From Acidobacteriota bacterium (lineage in GTDB: Bacteria > Acidobacteriota > UBA6911 > RPQK01 > JAJDTT01): a stretch of 64,000 nucleotides of DNA. The number at the start of each line of letters is the position of its first letter. Position 1 is the first letter of the stretch. A program made the position numbers and the translations under genes. The stretch lies in contig OZ253580.1 in the NCBI GenBank assembly GCA_965263035.1, positions 4,224,001-4,288,000 of the forward strand. Direction: 5' to 3'. Shown one piece after another: positions 30,609-41,688 of this stretch. The notes beneath the pieces are model-generated. The model was given only the letters and a program-made list of their open reading frames with translations, ran no database searches and was not told where the DNA came from.

Positions 30609-33600
30609 TGGCACCGGGAAGAGCCACACCATCGCCAACCTCATGTGCCACCTCCTCGCCATGGGGAAGCGAGTACTGATCACGGCGGAAACGGGACGTG
30701 CCCTCCAGGTTCTCAAGCGCAAGCTCCCGAATGAAATCCAGCCCCTGTGCGTCAGCCTGCTTGGGCACGGTGGCGACTCTTTCGCGGAGGTCAACACCGC
30801 AGTGCGTGGCATCACAAACCGGCAAGCCTCATACGCGCCGGGCGCATATGATGGCAGGATCGCGGAGATTGATCGTGAGCTTGACAAGGCCCGAAGGCGT
30901 CTCGCGGGGATCGACTCGGAGATCCGAAGTCTGCGCGAAGGCGAGACGCTGTCACATTCGCTGCTCGATGGCACATACGAAGGCACGGCCTCAGAGATCG
31001 GATCCAGGGTCGCCGACGAACGCAAGATGTTTGGGTGGTTCCGGTTGGCGCGGAATGCGAAAAATCATCCGACGATCTCCAATGCTGAGGTAGCCAGATG
31101 GCTGGAGATTCGCAGGCAGTACTCGGACGAGGAGGTCGCGGCCTCGGAACTCCAGATCCCGAGCACTGCCACTCTTACTGCTCCGGCAGATTTCGCGGGG
31201 ATCGTCTCGAAGGAGGCTACAGCACGAGGGCGCAGCAGCGAACAAGTGGACTCGCTCCGACAGCACCCAACTTTTTCGCCGATTCGTGCTTTACCGGCCC
31301 ACGAGCGAAACCATCTAGCCGACGATCTCAGGAACATTGAGGGGCAACGACGTGCTCTCCTAGGAAGACAAGCCAAGTGGTTGCTCACGGCGCTCGAACA
31401 GGTGGTCTTGGGTCATGACGCGAAGTGGCGTACGCTGCTCAATCTGAGCGAGGAGCGCATCGAGCAGATTGAGCCGCTGGTGCGTAGTCTCGGCAATCGA
31501 GTCGTGACTCGCCCTGAGGGGCTCGACCCGCGAACAGTACGCTCGGATGCGGAAGCCGTGGCCAAGCATCTCCAGGCCGGTGGCAAGTGGAAGTTGCTTG
31601 GATTGGTCACGCCAAAGGTACTCAAGGGACGAACCTATCTCAATAAAGATGTTCTGATCGACGGACAGCCCGCCGATGATGTGCAGAAGCTGCGCTTGGT
31701 GCGCGACGAACTCGACCTCGAGTTTGCGCTTTCTGATCTTGTGGGCCTTTGGAAGGGCGTAGGAGTTACTGGTATCTCGGTCGACCGGAGATTCTGCCTC
31801 GCCGATCTGCAACCACACGTGTTAGCCCTGCAGGGTGTACTCGAATATGGGGACGTCTGCACCCAAGCTGCCGAGAGCATGTCCCGCAAGTCCCCTCCGG
31901 TCCCGACGCCCAACTGGATCGATGGGGAAGCGATGCGGTGGGTTGATCTCGTCGTCGGTGCGGGCCTCGACGAGGCGCTGGACGAGGCAGAAGCACAAGT
32001 CGCAGTATGCGGCCAGCCCTTGACGCGACTTCGCGGTCTGCATGACGTCCACCCTGTCGTGGACGCGCTTCTCGAAGCGATTGCCGCGCGAGACGTGACA
32101 GCATACAGCCAATGTCACGAGCGTGTAGTTGCGATCGAACAGGCGCGGGAGGCTCAGTCTGAACGTAATCGAATCGAGGCCGCGATCAGGTTAGCTGCAC
32201 CTGGCTTGGCGGAGGAAATCGAGGCGAGCCTGAACGAACCGGTCTGGGATGATCGGCTTTCCCATTGGGAGGAGGCTTGGCGCTGGGCATGGGCTAACGG
32301 GTGGATCAAGAAGCGGTCCGACTTCGACTTCCAACAGCGGCTCTGGCGAAGGCGTCACGAGGTGGAGGCTAGCAAGGGCAGACTCGTCGCAGAGGCCGCT
32401 TCCCTCCGGGCTTGGAAGCACTTCTTCAAGCGTCTCTCACCGCGTGAACGCAATGCACTTAAGGGTTGGCGCGAGGCGGTGCGCGCTATGGGCAAGGGGA
32501 AAGGGAAATCCGCGAAGATAGCACGCCTGAAGCGGGAGGCGCGCAACTACATGGGTGAGTGCCGCAAGGCGATCCCGATATGGATCATGCCTCGGTATCT
32601 TGTGGCCGAAATGATCGACCCTTCGCCGGGTCTTTACGATCTTGTCATAGTCGATGAAGCTAGCCAGCTGGGCATCGAGAGCCTATTTCTGTTCTATATT
32701 TCCAAGAAGATCATCGTCGTCGGTGATGACCAGCAGATCAGCCCTGCGGGCGTGGGTATTTCCGATGCAAATATCGCTGCCCTTCAACAGCACTTTCTGC
32801 GTGATGTCCCGCACAAAGTTGCGCTCTACCCGCAGAGTAGCGTCTACGCTAACGCGAAGATCCGGTTTAACCAGAACATCGTGTTACGCGAGCACTTTCG
32901 GTGCATGCCAGAGATCATCCAGTTCTCGAACGACCTTTGTTACGCCAGCAACGGTACCCCGCTCGATCCACTGCGCGCCTACCCCGCTAATCGGCTTCAG
33001 CCACTTGTACGTCGGCATGTGCATGACGGGTACCGCAAGGGAAGTGCCTATTACGCACAGAACCCGCCAGAAGCGGAGGCGATCGTTGAGCAGATCTGCG
33101 CTTGCATCGACGACTCGCGCTACGCTGGCAAGACGATGGGCGTGATCAGTCTCCAAGGCGATACGCAGGCAAAGCTGATCGAGAATATGCTTCTCCAGGT
33201 GCTCGATCCCGAAGTGCTTGTAGAGCGTCGGCTCATTTGCGGCGATGCCTACGCATTCCAAGGCGATGAGCGCAACGTTATTTTTCTGAGCATGGTCGCG
33301 GCCCCAGGAGAGCACAGGATCGGTGTGCTCGCAAACGAGGCGGCCCGACAGCGTTTCAACGTTGCGGTCAGCCGCGCCCAAGACCAGCTTTGGCTCTTCC
33401 ATACGGCCGAGGTCGATTTGCTCAGCGACAGATGCATGCGTCATTGCCTCCTCAGCTACATGCTCGATCCCGGGCGGAAAGCGACGGATCCGGAAGAGCA
33501 GCGGTTCGACTCGAAGTTCGAACGCCATGTCTACCAGCGTATTGCCGAGCGCGGCTTTCACGTTAGAACTCAGGTGTCCGTGGGCGACCCGGTGAATCAC

Positions 33601-34674
33601 CGCTACCGGATCGACTTGGTAGTAGAGGGTATGCGAGGGCGACTGGCGGTAGAGTGCGATGGCGACGAGTGGCATGGCCCCGATCGCTACGAGCAGGACA
33701 TGGCGCGTCAACGCGATCTCGAGCGGGCTGGCTGGCAGTTCGTCCGAATTCGGGGTAGCGACTTCTACCGGGATCGCGAAAAGGCCATGGAGCCCGTGTG
33801 GTCGGAGCTTGATCGCCTCGGCATCCGGCCCGGCGGCGTCGATGACTCAGCCGCTGCGCCGCCACCGCCGAAGTCGATAGGCTCGCAGCGGCGAATGGAA
33901 GACGACCTAAATGAGCCCATAGCCGGTCCGCCGCCCTCCGAGTTGGTTAAGGCGGTGCCTACGGTTACGCGTATCCCCAAGGCATCGCCAACGCCGACGC
34001 ATATCACCGACCTGACGCCAGCTACCCGCAAGCCTATGGTTGAGCCCCAGGAAGAAACAGAATCGATCTTCCGTCCCGAAAATCGATCGCCTCCTACAAC
34101 CCGTGACCCGGTCACGCCGGTCCTCGATAGAGCCGAACCCTATATTGCGTTCGAAGGACCAGCCGGTCCGGACCCGCGGCACTCCACACCCGCCCGGGTT
34201 GCCGAGGGGCTTTGCCGAATCATCGATACCGAAGGTCCGATGCTAGCCAGGCGAGCCTACAATCTCTATCTGCGCGGGAATGGCATCGCCCGAATGGGTC
34301 GTCAACTCAAGCGTGCCATGAACAGGGCGCTTCAGCACGCCATTCGAAAAGGTCGAGTCGCCAAGGTGGACGAGTTGGGCACCGGTGGCCTAGTCAACTC
34401 GATCGTGCGCATCAAGGGTAGGCCTGCAACCATGCTTCGCGAGCGTGGTCCCCGCACGTTCAAGGAGATTCCGCCGAGTGAGCTTGAGCTCATGGCACGA
34501 AAGGTGTCGCAAGATGAGGGGTTCGAATCCGGCTCAAATGACCATCTTCGGGCGGTGGTCGAGGCATTTGGTCTTAAGCGCCTCACAGCACAACGGAGGC
34601 TTCGTTTTACCGACGCGCATGGCTCGACGGATCGTAATGTGAATGATGTGTTGGACGTCAGGAAACCGCAGTAG
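30609..34674 (+). pseudogene. 3' part of the interrupted DNA2/NAM7-like SF1 helicase with C-terminal DUF559/Vsr-like nuclease
   Basis: GTGKSHT, IVDEASQ, VGDDQQ, EHFRC, FQGDER, RFNVAVSRA, DS.FE, YRIDLV, AVECDG..WH. Confidence 0.9.
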
Positions 34675-34959
34675 CCGCTGGCTACATCGGGTGCTCCCTG
34701 CCCCAACCCTGTCTCACGGGGCCTTCTAAAATTGGTAGATGATGCCGCTACTGATCTCGAGACTCCTCAGCCGCATGGTCGCTGGGCCTCGGTTGAACGG
34801 TCGGACTCGTCCACCCGTTCGCATACCATCCGTGATCCGCGAACGTCCTCTCGGGTTGAACGGATTTCCGTACTGAAAAGGGAATAGCAACTGATGTGTT
34901 GTTATCAAGTGGTTACATTGCAATAACTTATGGAATCTATGAGATAGTTAGGAAATCTG

Positions 34960-37236
34960 TTGGCAAATCAATTGATCATCGGACTTTGGAGTTGGAATCG
35001 CCTGATCATTCTGGGCGCCGTTTTGGCGCTGGCCGGCTGCGGCCGGGGTGGCTCGGAGAAGGGAACTGCACCTTACGGGCTGACTGAGAGGACCCTCTGG
35101 AATACCTCGCGGGTCGTTGGATCTCCCGAACCCCCGCCGCCGTACCAGCTCCGGCGCGTCTTTCCGCAGTACACCTTCGAGAATCCGACCTTCATCGCTC
35201 AGGACCCGAACTCGGAGCGGCTGTTGGTCGCCGAGTACGAGGGCCGGATCTACAGCTTCCAGGGGAACGATCCCGATGCCGGGAAAGACCTCTTCCTGGA
35301 CTGGAACCGCCGGGTTTCGGCCTTTTCCTTCCATCCGCGGTACCGCGACAACGGCCAGGTGTTCGTCTTCAGCCCGACCGACCCCAAGCTGGAAGGCAAG
35401 AAGGATGAAGAGGGCAACCCGGTCACACAGCTCAGCCGGGTCTCCAGGTTCGAGTTGGAACCGGGAAGCGCTCCGCCGCGGCTGCGTCCCGAATCGGAGA
35501 AGGTCATCATCCAGTGGCCGGCCGGTGGGCACAACGGCGGCGAAGCCATCATCGGTCCGGACGGGTACCTCTACGTTGCCACCGGAGACGGCACCGGATC
35601 CGCCGACCGCGACGATACCGGTCAGGATCTGGATGATCTGCTGGCGGTCATGATGCGGCTCGACGTGGAGCGGCCGGACCCCGGCCGGGCCTATTCCATC
35701 CCCGAGGACAATCCCTTCGTCGGCGTGCCCGGGGCCCGGGAAGAGATCTGGGCCTACGGCTTTCGCAATCCGTGGCGGTTCAGCTTCGATCCCGTCTCCG
35801 GTCGGCCCTGGGTGGGAGACGTGGGACAGGATCTCTGGGAGCTCATCGAGCTGGTCAGCCGGGGGAGCAATCACGGCTGGAGCCTCATGGAGGGCTCGCA
35901 CCCGTTCCATCCCAATACGAAGCCGGGTCCGACGCCGATCGTCCCGCCCGTCATGGAGCATCACCACCGGGAGAGCCGATCCATCACCGGCGGCTACGTT
36001 TACCAGGGAGACAAGTTCCCGGAGCTCCGAGGGGCCTACCTCTACGGGGACTACCAGTACGGCAAGATGTGGGGGCTGCGGTACGACCACGATGGGAAGG
36101 AGGTGGTCTGGCGCCAGGAACTCGCCGACTCGCCCGTCAAGATCGTCAGTTTCGGCCAGGGACGGGACGGAGCTTTCTATGCGCTGGACTACGACAGCGG
36201 TGAGATCTTCGAACTGGACCACCGGCCGGCGCCGGAGAAGAGACCGCCCTTTCCGAGGAAGCTGAGTGAGACCGGACTGTTCGCATCGGTGAAGGATCAT
36301 CGGCCGGCTTCCGGCGTCATCCCGTATTCGATAAACGTCCCCTTCTGGTCCGACGGCGCCGGCAAGGAGCGGTTTCTCGCCTTGCCGGGCGAGACGCGGA
36401 TCAAGTTCGACGAGGAAGGCACCTGGGAGTTCGGCGACGGTGCGGTGATGGTGAAGTCGTTCACCCTGGAGACCGAGGAAGGCAATCCGGAGACGCGCCA
36501 ATTCATCGAAACCCGGCTACTGGTGAAGCAGGTCGACCGGTGGGTCGGATACACCTACGCCTGGAACGACGAGCAGACCGATGCCGCGTTGGTGGAGGGG
36601 GACGGCCGAGACCGGACCTATCGGATCCAGGACGGGCGGGCGCCCGGCGGACAGAGAAGCCAAGTCTGGCGCTATCCGAGCCGGGAGGAGTGCATGTACT
36701 GCCATTCCCGCGCGGCCGGCTTCGCGCTCGGACTGAACACTCGTCAGATGAACCGCGACCAGGACTACGGCGAGACCACGGACAATCAGTTGCGAACGTT
36801 GGATCACATCGGAATCTTCAAGGAACCGCTCGAGAAGACTCCTTCAGAATACCCGGCCCTGCCGGATCCTTTCGGGACGGAGGCGGACGTGGAGGCGCGG
36901 ACCCGGGCCTATCTGCAAGTGAACTGCGCTATGTGCCATGCCCCGAGCGGCGGAGGAAACTCCCGGATCAACCTGACCTACACAGCGGAACCGGACAAGG
37001 TCCGCTTGATCGACGAGGCGCCGATTCACGACAACATGGGAGTAGACGGCGCCCGGATGGTGGTTCCGGGCGATCCTGAGCGGTCCCTTCTCTACCGAAG
37101 GCTGATCGTACGAGGTCTGAACCAGATGCCCCCGACCAGCACCAATCGGATCGACGAGCGCGGCGCGGAACTGGTGGCCGATTGGATCCGGCACCTCGGG
37201 ACCGAGTCCAAGCTCACTGCAATGTCGGTGCATTAA
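34960..37236 (+). CDS. PQQ-dependent (glucose/sorbosone) dehydrogenase-family lipoprotein with cytochrome c motifs
   Basis: Lipobox LAGC; HNGG, YGFRNPWRFSFD, GDVGQ, SITGG; CMYCH and CAMCH. Confidence 0.85.
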   Translation: MANQLIIGLWSWNRLIILGAVLALAGCGRGGSEKGTAPYGLTERTLWNTSRVVGSPEPPPPYQLRRVFPQYTFENPTFIAQDPNSERLLVAEYEGRIYSFQGNDPDAGKDLFLDWNRRVSAFSFHPRYRDNGQVFVFSPTDPKLEGKKDEEGNPVTQLSRVSRFELEPGSAPPRLRPESEKVIIQWPAGGHNGGEAIIGPDGYLYVATGDGTGSADRDDTGQDLDDLLAVMMRLDVERPDPGRAYSIPEDNPFVGVPGAREEIWAYGFRNPWRFSFDPVSGRPWVGDVGQDLWELIELVSRGSNHGWSLMEGSHPFHPNTKPGPTPIVPPVMEHHHRESRSITGGYVYQGDKFPELRGAYLYGDYQYGKMWGLRYDHDGKEVVWRQELADSPVKIVSFGQGRDGAFYALDYDSGEIFELDHRPAPEKRPPFPRKLSETGLFASVKDHRPASGVIPYSINVPFWSDGAGKERFLALPGETRIKFDEEGTWEFGDGAVMVKSFTLETEEGNPETRQFIETRLLVKQVDRWVGYTYAWNDEQTDAALVEGDGRDRTYRIQDGRAPGGQRSQVWRYPSREECMYCHSRAAGFALGLNTRQMNRDQDYGETTDNQLRTLDHIGIFKEPLEKTPSEYPALPDPFGTEADVEARTRAYLQVNCAMCHAPSGGGNSRINLTYTAEPDKVRLIDEAPIHDNMGVDGARMVVPGDPERSLLYRRLIVRGLNQMPPTSTNRIDERGAELVADWIRHLGTESKLTAMSVH

Positions 37237-37304
37237 TGGACCCGGTGGAGCGGCGATTTCCAGTCGCCGAACAGGAGCAGCGATTTCCAATCGCCGACCT
37301 CCCC

Positions 37305-39341
37305 ATGAACGGTAACCCGACAAGTCTCATGAACTCGTCCTCACAACAAATGCCGAGTCTCCGCAATTCCGTCTTGAAGATCTGCCTCTGCCTGCCCTGG
37401 ATGCTCTTCTTGCAGGCCCAGAGCACCAGCCGCCAGCTCACCCCCCTTCTGGAACGGGAAACCCTGGAACCGGGGTTGCTTCATCATCTGCTCGGCGAAT
37501 ACCTGCTGTCGCGATCTCCACAATTGCCGCCACTCCCCAGCCGTCCCGAAGAGTGGACGGCCCAGGTGAACGACATCCGCAGGAAGCTACTCCGGGAGGT
37601 GGTCTATCACGGCTGGCCCCAGGAATGGGTTAATGCACCCCTTCGTTTCCGAGAGGTGGGAGCCCCCCAGCAACAGCGAGGATACCGCCTCCGCAAGCTC
37701 CTGTTGCAGGTCTTGCCCGGCCTCCAGATCCCGGCACTGCTCTACGAACCGACGGGAGACCGGAGTTCCTTGCCGGCGGTCCTCAACGTGAACGGCCACG
37801 TCCGAGGCCCCGGCAAGTCCGTCGAGTACAAGCAGAAAAGGTGCATCAGCCTGGCCCGCCGCGGCGTGCTGGCGCTGAATCTGGAATGGCTGGCCTGCGG
37901 CGAGCTGTCCCATCCCGAGAACCAGCACTGGTTCGGCGCTCATCTGGACCTGGTGGGAGCCAACGCCATCGGACTCTTCTACCTGGCCATGCGGAAGGGG
38001 CTCGACTACCTGGAACAGCATCCCCGGGCCGATCCTAAGCGCTTGGCCGTCACCGGACTCTCGGGCGGCGGTTGGCAGACCATCATCCTCTCCTCCCTGG
38101 ACGAGCGGGTCGCCGTGTCCGTTCCGGTGGCCGGCTACTCGGCCCTGATCTCGAGAGTCGAACGGCCGCAAGACACGGGGGACATCGAGCAGAACGCCAC
38201 CGACCTGCTCCGGGGTCAGGACTACTCGACGTTGACCGCCATGCGGGCGCCCAAGCCGACTCTGCTGATCTACAACGCCGAGGACGAATGCTGCTTCCGG
38301 GCTCCCTTGGTCAGGCCCTACATCTACGACGACGTCAAGCCCTTCTTTGGCCTCTTCGGAAAGGGAGACCATCTGGGCTGGCATGAAAACACCGACCCCT
38401 CGACCCACAACTATCAACTGGACAACCGGCTTCAAGCCTACCGGCATCTGTCCCGGCATTTCGGCCTCGGGGATTGGGACCGTGAGGATCCCGTCGATCG
38501 GGAGATCCAGAGCTATGAGGATCTGGTGGTCGGTCTCCCGGAGGACAACCTCACCATCCTGGGCGTGGCGCGCCAGTTGGCCGACAGGAAGCTGCGGGAA
38601 GCGGACCCGGAGGAAGGTCGGGCGGTCGAAGATGTCGAGGACCGCAGGGCAAGACTTCGATCGCTGGTGCGTTTCCAGCCGGTGGCAGTCAAGCATGGGT
38701 GGGCGCTCCACAACACCAAGAATCGGGGGGTGGAATCGTATTCCTATCGAGTTCACTTCAGCGACGGACTCGTTGCATCCGCCCTCTGGGGGAAGGGAAT
38801 CGCCACTGCGGAGGGCGCTCCAGCCTCGATCCTGCTTCTGGACGAGGGCAAGGCGAAGGCGGGCCAACGAGCCTCAGACCGGATCAACCGGGGGGAACAG
38901 GTGCTGGTGGCGGACCTGATCCTGACCGGGGAAGCGCAGCCCCGGAGGAGGAATGCGTCGGACTCCCACCGCTACGCCCAACTCCTGGCCACGGTGGGAG
39001 ACCGGCCGCTGGGGATACGGGCTTCGCATCTCCTGGCTCTGGCCGGATGGCTCAAGGACAATCACGCCGCGGCGGAGGTCCGGGTAGAAGCTCAGGGATT
39101 CCGGAGCCAAGTGGTGGCCCTGCTGAGCGCGGCGCTGGACCCCGCGGCCTTTTCGGAGGTCAGGGTCGAGAAGGGCATGAAAAGCCTGCGCCACCTACTG
39201 GCCAAACCGGTCCGCTACAGCGAGGCTCCGGAACTGTTCTGCCTGGGGCTCTTTCCTGAATTCGATCTGGAGCGCCTGGTTCTCTTGGCCCGACCCACCC
39301 CGGTGGATCAGCGCGTCGAATCATCGGATTCCGGAGATTGA
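37305..39341 (+). CDS. Alpha/beta hydrolase (acetylxylan esterase-like), copy 1
   Basis: TGLSGGGWQT nucleophile motif; exact start uncertain. Confidence 0.8.
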   Translation: MNGNPTSLMNSSSQQMPSLRNSVLKICLCLPWMLFLQAQSTSRQLTPLLERETLEPGLLHHLLGEYLLSRSPQLPPLPSRPEEWTAQVNDIRRKLLREVVYHGWPQEWVNAPLRFREVGAPQQQRGYRLRKLLLQVLPGLQIPALLYEPTGDRSSLPAVLNVNGHVRGPGKSVEYKQKRCISLARRGVLALNLEWLACGELSHPENQHWFGAHLDLVGANAIGLFYLAMRKGLDYLEQHPRADPKRLAVTGLSGGGWQTIILSSLDERVAVSVPVAGYSALISRVERPQDTGDIEQNATDLLRGQDYSTLTAMRAPKPTLLIYNAEDECCFRAPLVRPYIYDDVKPFFGLFGKGDHLGWHENTDPSTHNYQLDNRLQAYRHLSRHFGLGDWDREDPVDREIQSYEDLVVGLPEDNLTILGVARQLADRKLREADPEEGRAVEDVEDRRARLRSLVRFQPVAVKHGWALHNTKNRGVESYSYRVHFSDGLVASALWGKGIATAEGAPASILLLDEGKAKAGQRASDRINRGEQVLVADLILTGEAQPRRRNASDSHRYAQLLATVGDRPLGIRASHLLALAGWLKDNHAAAEVRVEAQGFRSQVVALLSAALDPAAFSEVRVEKGMKSLRHLLAKPVRYSEAPELFCLGLFPEFDLERLVLLARPTPVDQRVESSDSGD

Positions 39342-39352
39342 GGCTCCGGCGA

Positions 39353-39405
39353 TCAGGTAGCGCCGTGCCCTTTGACCTCCGGCCGTATGGCGCTGATGTA
39401 CTCGC
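39353..39405 (-). pseudogene. 3' tail fragment of the homocysteine methyltransferase gene
   Basis: Matches ~47646-47697. Confidence 0.7.
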
Positions 39406-39759
39406 GCCCCCTGGGAGCGGGGACATTCTTGTCCCCGTCTTCATCGCCGACGTGGAACCGGCGGCAGGAAAGCTGTTGCTCCCAGACACCCCGTTTTTCT
39501 GGTTGGCTTGCGCCGGTCCGGAGCCGTTGGGGGCTACTAAGGAGGCTCTATACCTCTCAATATCTGAAGCTTCGTGGAATTCTCAGAGAAGTTGACTGTC
39601 CCCTTCTCACGCCTCCCGTTCGAACGACCCGGCTCCCTGGTCCCGCGGCTGATCCGATAACGTACTTTATTGGAGTCTGATTCCTTCTCCGGGTGCATCG
39701 CGGATTCCATCGTGGTCCGAGACTCCGGAAAGGGATAGAATAGGCAGAGAGGAGAATGC

Positions 39760-39984
39760 ATGTTCGACACGCTCACCGCTGCCGATCAACTTACCGCCGC
39801 CGGAATCGAGCCTCAACAGGCCAAAGCGATCGTGGCTGTCGTTCGCTCCAGTGAAGAGTCCGCCGTCACCCGGACCGAATTGGAAGCGGCGCTGGCCCAA
39901 CTGGAAACCGGGCTCTACAGGGCACTCCTCGTGCAGACTCTCACCATTGGCGGGTTGGTCGTCGCCTTGCCCAAGCTTCTGTGA
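39760..39984 (+). CDS. Small DUF1640/CCDC90-like coiled-coil membrane protein
   Basis: MFDTL...L.AAG....QA.AI; C-terminal TM; RBS GAGGAG. Confidence 0.7.
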   Translation: MFDTLTAADQLTAAGIEPQQAKAIVAVVRSSEESAVTRTELEAALAQLETGLYRALLVQTLTIGGLVVALPKLL

Positions 39985-40531
39985 ACGTGACCGCAGAGAA
40001 GGTGACTGTCCCCTTCTCAAGTCCGCCTCGGGACCGAGTCCAAGCTCGCCGCATTGTCGGTACACTGATGAATCCGGTGGAGCGGCGATTTCCAATCGCC
40101 GAACAGGAGTATCCATGTTGCAAGTGGTGGGTGCTAATCGGTGTTTCCATCCCGTGTCGTTAGTACGTGATCTGTCCGGTCCAAAGGGCACAGGGTTAGG
40201 AGGAGCGTTCTTCCGCCGGAGGTGAGGCGGAGATCGAGCTGGATCCGCCGGGCGCCGTGCAGGGGGCGATGAGTGGACCGATAACTGGATCGAGGGGCCT
40301 GAGATCGTCGACGTCAGTCCTCCGGGAGGTCCGGATACGCCCTGGGGAGCGCCGGGTCAAGCCTCCGGCTCCTCCGCTTCGCTGCGCCCCTTCGGGTGAC
40401 CCGGCGCTCCCCAGGGCGTGAAGAGCTTTCATGGCCGTAAGCAAGCTTCCGGCCAGACTTGACCGGAAGTTCGACAGACGGCCATCAGGGGGTCCACACG
40501 CTCCCTTTCCTCACGGGGTCTCTCCGTGGCC

Positions 40532-41479
40532 TCAGAAGGTCGCTCGGGGCGCTACGGGCAACCAGGTGCGGTCCTGCCGGACGAGGGTGTTGGCCAGGAC
40601 GATGAGCTTGCGCATGACGGCGACGAGGGCCACCTTGCCGGGCTTGCCGCGCTCGCTCAGCCTCCGGTACACCTCGGCCAAGTCGGGGTTCCAGCGCAGG
40701 GCGGCCACCGCCGGCATGTACAGGAGCCGTCGCGCCCGCGCCCGTCCGCCCCGGATGAAGGCCCGGCCCTGCCAAGTCCCCGACTCGCGCGGAACGGCGG
40801 CCAACCCGGCCAGACTGGCGGCGGCCTTGCCGCTGAGGGCGCCCAGCTCGGGCATCTCGGCCAGCAGACCGGCGGCGGTGGTGGCCGCGATCCCCGGGAT
40901 GGAGGTGAGGATCTCCAACTTGCGGGCCCGCGCCTCGTCGGCCGCAATCAGCTGCTGCAATTTGCGGTCGATGGCGCGCAGGTGGCGCTCGAACATGTTG
41001 ATCTGGATCTGGTTCTGCTGTTTGAGCAGGGGTTCGCGGAGCTGTCGGCGGCGGTTGAGCGCGGCCGTGCGCTGGCGCATCAGCGCGTCCCGGGACGTCT
41101 GCAGATCCTGGAGCCGGCGTTGCGTTTTGGACGGCACCTGGGTCCGGCGCGGCTCCAGCGTGGCGGCCAGCTGGGCCAGTTTCCGAGCGTCTACGGCGTC
41201 GGTCTTGGCGCGGCTCCCGGTCGCCCGGGCGAAACACCGGGCCTGCCAGGGGTTCACCTTGGCCAACGGCAGCTTCGCTTTGGACAGCGCTTCCTCGAGG
41301 TCCCGGTGGTAGGGACCGGTGGCCTCGTACGCGACGCACTCGACCGGAGTTCCGATCCAATCAATCAGCGCCCGGAAGCCGGCCGGGTCATTGTCGAACT
41401 GGGCGGAATGGCCGTCGGCCAGCCGGTGCGCGTCCAGGTGCGCTTTCGAGATGTCGATGCCTACGGTATGCTGTTTCAT
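40532..41479 (-). CDS. IS110-family recombinase/transposase
   Basis: GIDISK, EATG, KTDAVDA (DEDD); SIPGI; ESG catalytic Ser; VAVMRKL. Confidence 0.95.
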   Translation of the reverse strand: MKQHTVGIDISKAHLDAHRLADGHSAQFDNDPAGFRALIDWIGTPVECVAYEATGPYHRDLEEALSKAKLPLAKVNPWQARCFARATGSRAKTDAVDARKLAQLAATLEPRRTQVPSKTQRRLQDLQTSRDALMRQRTAALNRRRQLREPLLKQQNQIQINMFERHLRAIDRKLQQLIAADEARARKLEILTSIPGIAATTAAGLLAEMPELGALSGKAAASLAGLAAVPRESGTWQGRAFIRGGRARARRLLYMPAVAALRWNPDLAEVYRRLSERGKPGKVALVAVMRKLIVLANTLVRQDRTWLPVAPRATF

Positions 41480-41484
41480 CTTTC

Positions 41485-41645
41485 CTGTCTCCTGTGCTTG
41501 TCATTCGGGCCTTGATGCCCTCGTATCCATTCAGGACATCGGGAAAGACGGTGGCCGACCTCACTCCCATACGGTTCGTAACAGTCCGCGGCGGTACGGT
41601 CCAGCCACCGCCGTCCGGGTCGCTCATGAGCGACCCGGACGGCCC
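41485..41645 (-). ncRNA. Predicted bridge RNA of the IS110
   Basis: 5' hairpin followed by four guide segments matching target and donor in the expected order; ends approximate. Confidence 0.8.
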
Positions 41646-41688
41646 CATTTAAACAGACAAGCGGCGGTTTCCAGCCGCCGACCTCCCC

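Larger units (their letters stand above)
40110..41661 (-). mobile_element. IS110-family element (1552 bp) inserted in a REP at a CT core
   Basis: Comparison with the uninterrupted paralogous site at 37270-37310; AG at 40108-40109 and 41660-41661. Confidence 0.9.

Noticed and set aside
34700-34950. Possible tRNA/att site or riboswitch at the island's right border
   Set aside because: No cloverleaf, no direct repeat matching the left border and no recognisable aptamer by eye.
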